A DNA stretch of 64,000 nt from Candidatus Freyarchaeum deiterrae (GCA_037305845.1 CP147778.1:512001-576000); one strand, 5' to 3'. Counted from the stretch's first letter, positions 30,995 through 40,139 are shown. Made by a program: numbers and translations. Notes: generated from the sequence alone by a model not told the origin.

Positions 30995-31236
30995 AGTTTA
31001 AAATATTCTTGATAAATTTCTCTTTTTTTTGTCCATTTTTCCATTACATACTCCACACCGTTTGCAAGTCTTAAAACTCAATTAAAGCCTTGAGAAATGG
31101 AAAAAGGTTAGTGTCCCGAATAGAAAGCAAAAACCTCTCAAATCTAATTTTTGGGATAATTTCGAACTTATTTTTCATTTTAGGAATAAAATAAGGAACC
31201 CTGACATTTATAAGGTTCTTCATCATAAACACAAAA

Positions 31237-31478
31237 TTTATATACATATGCCGTAAAAATACGGTATTAAAAAAATATGTGTGGGCTTTATCTCCTCAAT
31301 TAGTTGGAGAACCCCGGAGAAGAAAGAGAGGCGCAACAGAAAATAACAGCAAAGAGAACACAACAAATTACAAAACGCAGCAGACATGAATGCTTCAGCA
31401 TAACCAACAAAGTAAGTATCCATCAAGCCAGGAATTAGAAAAGTAGGAGACGGAGAGTTTCCCTCAAAATAGAGGAGG
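31237..31478 (+). promoter_or_regulatory. Repeated regulatory leader, copy B, upstream of SCP2 genes 2 and 3
   Basis: 31247-31323 is identical (77 nt) to the reverse complement of 26995-27071; the 3' block is also conserved. Confidence 0.85.
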
Positions 31479-31506
31479 TGCAGCCTTTTAGGATAGAGGA
31501 GGTAGT

Positions 31507-32079
31507 TTGATGTCAAATGTAGAAGAATTGAAGAGCATGACAGAACAAATGTTGAAGATGTCGGATGACGATTTGATGAAAAATTTGCCGACTTTGGGCC
31601 CCAAGATAATAGGTCATGTTGCAGAGATAATGGAAGAGATGCCAGATGTAACTACGAGAATAGTTCAAAGGATGGATAAGGCCGATGTTAAGAAAATGGC
31701 TAGCCAAGCACCTGCAGCGGTTGATGCATTCACAAAGATTCTGTGGGAAGGAGTCGGCTTAGTGGCTGAAAAAAATGCAGAATTCAACAAGGCGTTAAAG
31801 AATGTGGGAAATATAAAACTCAACTATGAAGCCGACGACAGCCCTATGGCGGGACACGAGGAAATAAATAATGCTAAGGTCACGGGTGGACCTGGTAAGC
31901 TAAATAACGTCGACATTACCGTGCAAGGCCACACAGCCATTCTAATAAAGTTGGTCACAGGCGGATTGGACCCCATGAAAGGTTTGATGATGCGCCAGTT
32001 CAAGCTTGAAGGCCCCTTGGCTTTAGGGATGAAGCTGACTGGGGCAATGAAGGCAATGGCCCAAGCACTCAAGGGCTAA
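31507..32079 (+). CDS. SCP2 domain protein 2 (start probably ATG 31510)
   Basis: LDPMKGLMMRQFKLEGPLALGMKL; paralog of its neighbours. Confidence 0.85.
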   Translation: MMSNVEELKSMTEQMLKMSDDDLMKNLPTLGPKIIGHVAEIMEEMPDVTTRIVQRMDKADVKKMASQAPAAVDAFTKILWEGVGLVAEKNAEFNKALKNVGNIKLNYEADDSPMAGHEEINNAKVTGGPGKLNNVDITVQGHTAILIKLVTGGLDPMKGLMMRQFKLEGPLALGMKLTGAMKAMAQALKG

Positions 32080-32186
32080 TAGAGTTGTTAGGGTCTCTTC
32101 ACAAGAGCTGAAAAAAGTATGTATGTTGTTTCATAAAAAAGCAATACCAGTTTCTCTTTAATAATAGATATAGTGGAGGTTTTGTA

Positions 32187-32828
32187 ATGAGTAATCCAAA
32201 AGCTGCTAAAGCAAGTAAACCGAAAGCTGCCCCAGAAGCAACGCCAAAGGCAGCTGCTGCGGGAGCAAAGGATTTGAAAAGTGAAGCAGAAGCAATGTTC
32301 AAAATGTCAGATAAGGAGTTGATGGATGTCCTGCCTTCCTTCGTCCCTAAGACGAAAGGTAAGGGACCGGAGTTGTTGAAGGCTATACCAGACCTACCGC
32401 AGAGGTTAGCTCAGAGGCTGGCGAAGAGCGACGTTAAGGCGTGGGCAAATAATGCACCCAAAGCATCAGATGCATTTACGACATATCTGTGGGAAATAAC
32501 AGGCGCGATGGTTGAAAAAGATCCAGATTTAAAAAGCGCGGTGAATAGTGCAGGAGAGATCAAAGTTAATTACGAAGCCACAGATAGTCCCATGAAAGGG
32601 CACTACCATATATGGGGCGGGAAAATCGACGGTGGACCGGGTGTGGTGACACCAACCGACCTTAAACTCTCATCAGACACAGACACTCTGATAAAACTGA
32701 CCACAGGAGCCCTCGACGCGACACAGAGCTTCATGGCGGGCAAGTACAAAATAGACGGAAACCTAGCCACAGCAATGAAGATGGCTCCAGTAATGGCTAA
32801 AATAGCCGCAGTCTATAAAGGAAAATAG
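32187..32828 (+). CDS. SCP2 domain protein 3 with Lys/Ala/Pro-rich N-terminal tail
   Basis: LDATQSFMAGKYKIDGNLATAMKM. Confidence 0.85.
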   Translation: MSNPKAAKASKPKAAPEATPKAAAAGAKDLKSEAEAMFKMSDKELMDVLPSFVPKTKGKGPELLKAIPDLPQRLAQRLAKSDVKAWANNAPKASDAFTTYLWEITGAMVEKDPDLKSAVNSAGEIKVNYEATDSPMKGHYHIWGGKIDGGPGVVTPTDLKLSSDTDTLIKLTTGALDATQSFMAGKYKIDGNLATAMKMAPVMAKIAAVYKGK

Positions 32829-33061
32829 GCTCGATTTTTTCAATATTTTTTTTCTCTCTTTTTCTTTCTTTAATTCTTCCCTTACATACTTTATTCTCTT
32901 TATGAAGGATGAAAAGCCATTAAAGCGTCGAGAGAACAGCTATTTTAGCCAAAAAGCTTTTCGATGCGAAATAGTTAAAGAACATAGTTTAACGGTTAGA
33001 GTATGACAGGATGAAGTTGCAAACCACATCTAATTAAATGCTATGAGAGGGAAAGAATAAA

Positions 33062-33688
33062 ATGTTGGATGATTTGGGTAAAAAAAATGTTAATATTGAT
33101 AATATAGCTAAAAGGGCTTTAGAAGATGATAAAGTACTTTCGGAATTATTTGAAGGAATTTTGTCTAAGAAGGATACAATAAGATATAATAGTTTTAAGG
33201 TTTTTATGCTCTTAAGCGATGAGCACCCCGAAGTTTTGTACCCTAAATGGGATTTCTTTGTTGAACTCTTGAGCAGTGATAACACTTCCCACAGAAATAT
33301 TGCGGTCAACATCCTAGCAAATCTTACAAGTGCAGATAAAGAGAACAGGTTTGAGAAAATATTTGACCAATATTACAATCTACTAGATGATGAGAGTGTG
33401 ATTCCCGCTGCACAACTCGCAGGCAACTCCGGCAAGATTGCCCAGGCAAAACCAAAACTACAAACTAAGATAACAAAGAAGTTATTAGGCATAGATGAAA
33501 CCCACCACGAACAACAACGCAAGGAATTGATAAAAAGCTACGCCATAAAATCATTAAGTGAATACTTTGAACAAGCCGAAAATAAGAAGGAAATAATAGA
33601 ATTCGTTAAAAAACAATTAGAGAGTAAGAGTCCAAAAACCAGAAAGACAGCGAAGGAATTCCTGAAGAAGTGTGACAAAAGCAATTAA
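33062..33688 (+). CDS. HEAT/ARM-repeat-like protein
   Basis: Repeating amphipathic helix pairs (LLSSDNTSHRNIA, LLDDESVIPA, LESKSPKTRKTA). Confidence 0.7.
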   Translation: MLDDLGKKNVNIDNIAKRALEDDKVLSELFEGILSKKDTIRYNSFKVFMLLSDEHPEVLYPKWDFFVELLSSDNTSHRNIAVNILANLTSADKENRFEKIFDQYYNLLDDESVIPAAQLAGNSGKIAQAKPKLQTKITKKLLGIDETHHEQQRKELIKSYAIKSLSEYFEQAENKKEIIEFVKKQLESKSPKTRKTAKEFLKKCDKSN

Positions 33689-33912
33689 TCAAGTTAATGT
33701 GGTAAAAGGGTGCAAGTAATATGCACTGATTTTTATAGGTAGAAGGTAATTGATGAGAGTGACTACCACTATCTCTTATGCCACTAGGAGGAAATAACGG
33801 ATAAGGAAGAATATGATACTTATTTTGAGAATAATGATTAAAATGTTAACATCAGTCAAGAATTTGAAAATAAATAAAAAGAGGGATAGTTTGTTTGTAT
33901 CTTTCCAAAAGA

Positions 33913-34755
33913 TTACAGGTTTCTGGAGGAGTAGAAAACCCAGGCCCAGAGAATGAAAGCTACGAGCATCGCCCCGAAGCCGATAATTAGACCTACAATA
34001 GGAAAAACTACCAGAGCACTATAGTCTACGTAGGAAAATCTACTAATAAGTAAAATCGCACCGATGAAAACCAACGCGTTTATGATGCTCAGGACTCCTG
34101 CGACTGCGGAAGCCGCGGGCTTAGCGGTCGCTTTACGTACCGATATGCCGGTCCAACCGAGCAGGAAGAATGTGAAACCCAGTACCAAAAACCCTATCCA
34201 GATGACGGAAAAATTGGGTATAAGTATCGGGAAAAGGGGATAACTGGACTCCCCCATCATCATCCATGCTGCCGTATATCCTGTTGTCAGATTCCCCATA
34301 ATAATGAGCAAGGCGCCCGATGTGATTCCTAAAACGCTGAGGATAAGACCAATCACACCCATGGCTCCCCCACCAATTTTGTACGTACCGAGGAAACCAA
34401 CACCGATCAGAATGCTGGTCGCGATGAGAAGTATAGACAGGACGAAGGATAGTGCACCGAACAGGGAAGCGGACGGCAAATACGGAGAGAGAAATATAAA
34501 TGGATAAACATGCTCATACCAAAGCTGCGTAGGCTGGTTAAACAGGTAAGTGGTGTAATAGGACACATCTACGGCGAAAATGTGTATTTCATTATAAAAT
34601 TGGGGTAATACAAAGCCCCATACTACTCCTATAGCCGCCGTTATAGCTCCTGTTATTCCTCCAGCTGTACCAGTTAGCAACGCTCTTCTGGACAAATTTA
34701 TCTCCTTTACCCTAGCATTGAAAATTATTCTTGCTTTATTAGAAATCTTTAACAT
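33913..34755 (-). CDS. Multi-pass membrane protein (start probably TTG 34695)
   Basis: About 6-7 TM segments; AAGGAG RBS before TTG 34695. Confidence 0.75.
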   Translation of the reverse strand: MLKISNKARIIFNARVKEINLSRRALLTGTAGGITGAITAAIGVVWGFVLPQFYNEIHIFAVDVSYYTTYLFNQPTQLWYEHVYPFIFLSPYLPSASLFGALSFVLSILLIATSILIGVGFLGTYKIGGGAMGVIGLILSVLGITSGALLIIMGNLTTGYTAAWMMMGESSYPLFPILIPNFSVIWIGFLVLGFTFFLLGWTGISVRKATAKPAASAVAGVLSIINALVFIGAILLISRFSYVDYSALVVFPIVGLIIGFGAMLVAFILWAWVFYSSRNL

Positions 34756-34795
34756 ATTAACTTTGGTGTCGAGGCAATCATTTAGATTAAGCTTT

Positions 34796-35130
34796 ATTTA
34801 TGGGCGTCTGCAAACAATTCTCAGAAGTCGAATAGTTCGAAGCCGACTCCCTCTCCTCTTTCTTTTGGTCCTGAACACTTTTGAACAGTAGCATGCAGAA
34901 TGGACAATTAGTAACCGGTCCGCTGACTCCGAATTCTTAGGCTATTCTCTATTCTTCTTGTGGCTAGTCGGTCTGCGAGTTCGAGGAAGACTGATCTGAC
35001 TCCGCCTCCTCCGCAGCACCAGTCGGATTTTAGTACTTTAACTAAAGAGGACGGAGGCATTCTAGCTGTTGCTTGTATTCTATTACTCAGGATTTCCTTG
35101 CATCTGGTTAACTGATTCTCCCCAAAACCA
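34796..35130 (-). pseudogene. Degraded C-terminal CCG domain of an Fe-S oxidoreductase
   Basis: Manual translation: SDWCCGGGGVRSVFLELADRLATRRIE, frameshift, VTNCPFCMLLF, frameshift, FELFDF*EL. Confidence 0.75.
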
Positions 35131-35229
35131 TTGTTTTAAGCGCTTTACTTCCAAGAGAAATAAAAAAAGAGGAAGGGGGGTTTCGATAACTCTATCACTA
35201 GAGTTAGAAACACTGTTATTATCTTTTGC

Positions 35230-35403
35230 TTAAATTGAAACCGAGAAGGATACTGAGGTGATTGGGCTGTTACCAGCTTGGTCGAAGGCCATAACTTCCA
35301 TGGTGTGAATACCGTTTGAGAGACCAGTGAACTTGTGGCTGATTCTCGTTCCCGCATTGATCCAGGAGCTGCCGTCAATTCTGACCGCGTAGTGGTCTAA
35401 CTT
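35230..35403 (-). pseudogene. Orphan C-terminal Ig/FN3-like domain fragment
   Basis: LDHYAVRIDGSSWINAG...FTGLSNGIHTMEVMAFDQAGN...VSFSVSI*; no start codon, in-frame TGA upstream. Confidence 0.7.
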
Positions 35404-35530
35404 TCAACAGAAAATGATGGAAATGCGCGAAACTTCCACGGAATCGCCCAAAATCTGATAAAAAGAGTAAATAAAGTTTAGGTGCTAATTATATTCACCA
35501 TTAGTAAAGTTTTAACTAAGAGGTGATTTC

Positions 35531-36124
35531 GTGGTAAGACCTGAAGGTTCTTCTCTAATCGGCTGCTGCGGAATTTACTGCGGTGCATGTCCATCTAACA
35601 CGGGGATAACCCGTGAGGCGGCTGAAAAGCTTCAGAAGCTGCTTGACGAAGCGAAAACAGGAGAAATAGCGTTCATAATGGGAATCGCCGACAAGTATCC
35701 CATATTCCATGAGGTTCTCACTCTCTTCGCAAATCAGCCCAAGTGCTCAGGGTGCGGCTCTGAATCCCCCACAGCTTCCTGCGCCATTAGGAAGTGTTGC
35801 CATGAGCGTGGCCTATCTACCTGCGCCGAGTGTGAGGAAAATGAAAGATGCATAACCACGCCTGAAGACTTTGACCTCGGAAAAGCAATTGGTGAAGCGC
35901 TTACAAGAGCGGAACCAGGGGTGCAAGGAGGCCTACCAGAATTACCAAAAGAGGTTTTCATGCAAATCATCAAACAGAGATACCATGACTGGAATATAGA
36001 AAACCTAAGCATCATCAAATCTAAGGGATACGCTGCATGGCTGAAGAAAATGGAAACAGCTGTAAAAAACGGTTTTTATACAGGGCAGGTAATTCAAGAC
36101 AAAGAAGAGGAGAAAGGGCGATAG
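35531..36124 (+). CDS. DUF3795-family Cys-rich protein
   Basis: CCGIYCGAC...CxGC...CxIRxCC...TCAEC. Confidence 0.82.
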   Translation: MVRPEGSSLIGCCGIYCGACPSNTGITREAAEKLQKLLDEAKTGEIAFIMGIADKYPIFHEVLTLFANQPKCSGCGSESPTASCAIRKCCHERGLSTCAECEENERCITTPEDFDLGKAIGEALTRAEPGVQGGLPELPKEVFMQIIKQRYHDWNIENLSIIKSKGYAAWLKKMETAVKNGFYTGQVIQDKEEEKGR

Positions 36125-36348
36125 GATTCATTTCAAGTATGTTAAAAAGAATAGATAAAAAATGGGACAAAATTTTAGAATTCTCCCCTATTTTTTAAAA
36201 TTCATAATTTTATTTTCGAAAATATTAATTTTTAATCTAGAATTATTGTGAACCTCGCAATAAATTTTATTCATTTTTGAGATATTTTTTTATATATAAT
36301 TCTCCTAAAATATAATTAGCATTCTAGGAAAACGATGAGGAAGGTTGG

Positions 36349-37371
36349 ATGGTGGCATTGCAGAAAAAAACAGGTCTCCCAATTGCCTTAATTCTTCTTT
36401 TATTCGTTTTCTTAATTATACTAAAAATGCTGCAGAGTCAAAATCTGGTGCTTTTTGTTTTGCTCTCAATAATGATTGTCTCTTTGCTCGGTGCGGGAGC
36501 TGCTGTGGATAGATTCAGAAAGAAATATGTTATTCCGGTTGGGGCTTTGGCCAGCCTAGAGAATATTATTGTGGACCACTTACCTAGCGGCAGCACTTTG
36601 TGGGCTTTTGACTTTTTCAGAATGAAACAGAATACGATTATTGTTTCGGGATTTATAGCGGCAGTGAAGTTTTTTATGATTGAAATGCTTAAAGGTAATC
36701 TCAAGAAATTGGAGACAGAGTTTGGAACCTTTATAAAAGAGGACGGAGACCTCTTAACTGTTACCTGCATAACTAGTGGTAACACCAGCTCAGAGGAAAA
36801 CTGGATTAGGCAAAGACTGCAAGATTTTTTGTGTACAGCTGAACTCCGGCATCGGAATGATCTTCGCAACTGGATGGGTAATGCGTCTATTTTTGAAGAA
36901 TCGTTCTTAGAGATCATTTCTTCAATGATTAATATCTCTAAAGCCTTGAAGCTTCAGAAGCGGAGAATCCGTAAGATGGAGAAGAAAAAAGAGAGGCTTT
37001 CTGCAGAACTTGCAAATTTGGATTCAAAGAAAGATATTATTAAAACACAGTTTGAAAATGATAAAATTAGTGAAGAAGAGTTTGAAGCCAGAAGCACTAG
37101 GATCAAACAGGAATACAAAAGAATACGTGATTACTATATCAATGCCTGTTTCTTATTATCAAGAGTAGTCCGTGAACCAAAAGAAGTTAACATTGAAGTC
37201 TCCAAGAAGATAGAGGGTATAAAGGATACTTTTCTTGAGATTAAAATTGAAATTGCCAATTTGCAGGTAAAAAAAATAGAGGGCATTATCACTCCAAACG
37301 ATATAAGAAATAAGAATAAACTTGAAGAAAAATTAACAGACCTCATCGAAAATCTAGATAAACTCAACTAA
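36349..37371 (+). CDS. Two TM helices, longin-like domain and coiled coil (SHOCT-like segment)
   Basis: IIVDHLPSGSTL...IVSGFIAAVKFF...LRNWMGN longin-type pattern; KISEEEFE; heptad-rich C-terminus. Confidence 0.65.
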   Translation: MVALQKKTGLPIALILLLFVFLIILKMLQSQNLVLFVLLSIMIVSLLGAGAAVDRFRKKYVIPVGALASLENIIVDHLPSGSTLWAFDFFRMKQNTIIVSGFIAAVKFFMIEMLKGNLKKLETEFGTFIKEDGDLLTVTCITSGNTSSEENWIRQRLQDFLCTAELRHRNDLRNWMGNASIFEESFLEIISSMINISKALKLQKRRIRKMEKKKERLSAELANLDSKKDIIKTQFENDKISEEEFEARSTRIKQEYKRIRDYYINACFLLSRVVREPKEVNIEVSKKIEGIKDTFLEIKIEIANLQVKKIEGIITPNDIRNKNKLEEKLTDLIENLDKLN

Positions 37372-37419
37372 TCATAGTGAAAAAGAAGCTAAGTATTTAA
37401 TTCACTTCCTTGCAATAGA

Positions 37420-38511
37420 CTAGTGTGTTCTTTCAGTTTCAACTCTCATCATGGCTTCTCTTCCAGTTTTTTCAGGAATTTCTTCCCTGGCCCTAACTAG
37501 TTTTATGGCATTTTGGGGGCATTTGTGGGCGCAGATTCCGCAGCCTATGCATCTTTCCTCAAGAATCATTATTCGGTCATCTGATAGGTCTTCAGTGTGG
37601 GGATAGTGGCGGTAGATTGCCTGGAGGGGGCACCACTTAACGCAGGTTTCGCAGAGACGGCAGGCTTCCCCGTCTATTTCCGGCATGAAGTTCGATTTGG
37701 CAACAGCTCTGGGATTGTGGAGTTCGGAGATGCCTCTCAGGAGTATGCAGCAGTCTGTGCAGCAGTTGCAGATGAAGCTTGCTTTCTCCTGCTGGTTATT
37801 TATGGTGTGAACTAGGCCCGCGTCTTCCGCTTTCTGGAGGATTTCGAGTGCTTCCTCCTTTGTTACTTGTCTTCCGTTGCGGTGTTTGACCATGAAATCA
37901 GCGAATCGGTCGAAGCTGAAGCAGACGTCTAGGGGCTTGTCGCACTTGTTTGCTGCGAGTCTGCAGGCGCAAGGGTTAATCGCTATGCTTCTTGCTTCTT
38001 CTATGAATTTGCTTACTTTCTCGAATGGTAGAATTTCGGTCTTGATGTCGAGTTTCTCCTCAACTGGGATAACTCTCATGAAGGGGTAGTTTGAGGCTCC
38101 TAATTCGTATCCCCAGTGTGAGTACATTTTCTCGTGGAGTCTTGCGAATTCCCTCTTCTCGTCTGTCATTACGCCGTTATTCATGTGGAGTTCGAAAATT
38201 CCAGCAACGTAGGGCAGCATGCTGTAGTAGTTCTTGTTATCCTTGCTGCTGGTGAACTCTGCTATTGCTCCTTTGTCAGCGAGTCTCTTAAAAGTGGTTT
38301 TAACATAATCCGCATCTTTTCCAGTTTCCTCGGCTACCTGCTCTATGGTCTTCGTTTCCATCAAGGGGGCGTTGAAGGCTGAAGAAACAAGTTCGGCTTC
38401 CTCAGGGGTGTAAACTATGCTTAGAAGCTTTAGCATGTCCTTGCTCCTGGGTGCTCTTATGGGCCACCTGTTGATTTTCTGTCTTAAACGCTCGTAAACA
38501 TCTTCACTCAA
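37420..38511 (-). CDS. 4Fe-4S dicluster protein with N-terminal HTH-like domain
   Basis: CACR...C...C, ICNCCxxCC and two CxxCxxCxxxCP motifs. Confidence 0.85.
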   Translation of the reverse strand: MSEDVYERLRQKINRWPIRAPRSKDMLKLLSIVYTPEEAELVSSAFNAPLMETKTIEQVAEETGKDADYVKTTFKRLADKGAIAEFTSSKDNKNYYSMLPYVAGIFELHMNNGVMTDEKREFARLHEKMYSHWGYELGASNYPFMRVIPVEEKLDIKTEILPFEKVSKFIEEARSIAINPCACRLAANKCDKPLDVCFSFDRFADFMVKHRNGRQVTKEEALEILQKAEDAGLVHTINNQQEKASFICNCCTDCCILLRGISELHNPRAVAKSNFMPEIDGEACRLCETCVKWCPLQAIYRHYPHTEDLSDDRIMILEERCIGCGICAHKCPQNAIKLVRAREEIPEKTGREAMMRVETERTH

Positions 38512-38809
38512 AAAAAATCACACCCTACGGACTACAGTAAATGGAATCAGTCTTTAATTTTATGTTTGGAAATTTATGCTAATTTGCATTAACGTTCTCT
38601 TATAACATATATAAATTTATTGAATTTACTATATATTAGTATAGTACTACAGCCGAGTATAGTACAGGAGCATGAATGATAAATCAACGAAATAATATCA
38701 AAGCAGCTCCACAATAATTTTTATATTCAAATTTTTATAAAATGAGGTAGCGTGCTGTATTATGTCATGTTATCCTTGCTACTGGTGAACTCGAAAAAAG
38801 GAAGAAATT

Positions 38810-39274
38810 TTAGGATGAAGAATTCTTGATACATAAGACCTGACTCGGAACTTTTCCTGGGTGAAACAGTACACCTACTACGATTGGTGACAGGGAATAG
38901 GTTAGTAGCACGTATGGCCACATATAGCCCGCGAAAATGTTCCACCCTACCAAGATTTCTTGGACTGGAAGTCCGAGTAAGAGATTCCCGCCCCATTCGA
39001 ATAGCAATGTCAATCCCAACCAGAGAAGCCCCGCAAGTATCAGATCCTTGGTTTCGTACTCCTTTACGCGTCGGAGTAAGAAGTATGCTAGAACGCAAAC
39101 GTACACAATCCGGGTGGACATTCCTATTTGATGCGCTACCAATTTACCCAATATCGGCTCATAGACCAGATTCATCAGAACAAAGAAGTTGAACCCAGAG
39201 ATAGGAATGTTCAGTAACCAAAAACCCCCCGCATTCCTCATTAATGGCTTGTTCACATTTATCACTTCCTTCAT
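38810..39274 (-). CDS. Small membrane protein
   Basis: About 4 TM segments with WLGLTLLFE; divergent from the TetR gene. Confidence 0.65.
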   Translation of the reverse strand: MKEVINVNKPLMRNAGGFWLLNIPISGFNFFVLMNLVYEPILGKLVAHQIGMSTRIVYVCVLAYFLLRRVKEYETKDLILAGLLWLGLTLLFEWGGNLLLGLPVQEILVGWNIFAGYMWPYVLLTYSLSPIVVGVLFHPGKVPSQVLCIKNSSS

Positions 39275-39283
39275 GTGAATAAT

Positions 39284-39396
39284 ATACGACTAGTATATCA
39301 TCCATGTCTAATATCTGACTATTAGTCATTATTTATACTTACGGTCAATAAGTATTTAAGGTTTTTGACCATCGGTCATTAATCGACCAATAGTAT
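39284..39396. promoter_or_regulatory. Array of TGACY-N3-RGTCA-type palindromes (probable TetR operators)
   Basis: tgactattagtca 39316-39328 and tgaccatcggtca 39366-39378; partial sites at 39284, 39335 and 39384. Confidence 0.7.
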
Positions 39397-39458
39397 AAAT
39401 TTTTAAGTAGCTTCCGTCATAAGTTAAGAGAGGAGACAAATGTGGACTCGGTGAAAAT

Positions 39459-40139
39459 ATGCCTGATAATGAATCACAAAACACTTTGCGCAAAAAGCGG
39501 AAGTGGGAGAAGCATAGGAAAGAGATTCTGGAATCTGCAAAAAATCTGTTTAGTGAGAAAGGTTTTGAGAATACAACGATGGATCAGATTGCAGACCGCG
39601 CTGACGTGAGTAAAGGAACGTTATATAACTATTTCGTGTCCAAGGATGCCCTAATTCTCGCCATAGCCGCGGAAGGGTACGAAAAGCTCGCTGATATGTT
39701 TGAAGGAGCCAGCTTGCCCGGTCGGACTGGTCTCGAAGAAGTCGAGGCAATGGGAAAAGCGTATTATACATTTTCCCGAACTAACCCCCTCTACCACGAA
39801 GCAATCCACCGCGTTGGTAACGCAGGGAACTTGTCATTAACTCAAAATGAACTAACCAACCAGCAATCACAAACACAAGAAGCCCAAGAATTCTCCCGGC
39901 AGTTTCAACGATTCTTGGATATTTGGCTCCAAGGCGTCCAGCGGGGGTACGACGACCGGTCAATTGCGTTCAGGCACCCTCCCGCAGTTCTAGCTCTCCT
40001 ACTCGGGGCAGTGACGAGTGGGGTAGCCCAGGAGCTCCCACATCGGCTTCCCATCTTGAGCCGATTCGATGTTCAGGAAGAAGAAGTGATGAATTTGCTG
40101 TTTAAATTGCTAGGAGACGGCCTGAAACCACGAAATTAG
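39459..40139 (+). CDS. TetR/AcrR family regulator
   Basis: ILESAKNLF..KGF..TTMDQIADRADVSKGTLYNYF HTH. Confidence 0.93.
   Translation: MPDNESQNTLRKKRKWEKHRKEILESAKNLFSEKGFENTTMDQIADRADVSKGTLYNYFVSKDALILAIAAEGYEKLADMFEGASLPGRTGLEEVEAMGKAYYTFSRTNPLYHEAIHRVGNAGNLSLTQNELTNQQSQTQEAQEFSRQFQRFLDIWLQGVQRGYDDRSIAFRHPPAVLALLLGAVTSGVAQELPHRLPILSRFDVQEEEVMNLLFKLLGDGLKPRN

Noticed and set aside
31278-31346. Leader peptides (MCGLYLLN; MGFISSISWRTPEK...) inside the repeated element
   Set aside because: The frames are shared only through the identical block of A and B and are broken in copy C; there is no RBS.
26842-31478. Repeated element as an IS, MITE or CRISPR repeat
   Set aside because: No terminal inverted repeats, target-site duplications, transposase or spacer periodicity; each copy sits directly after a TATA box in sense orientation.
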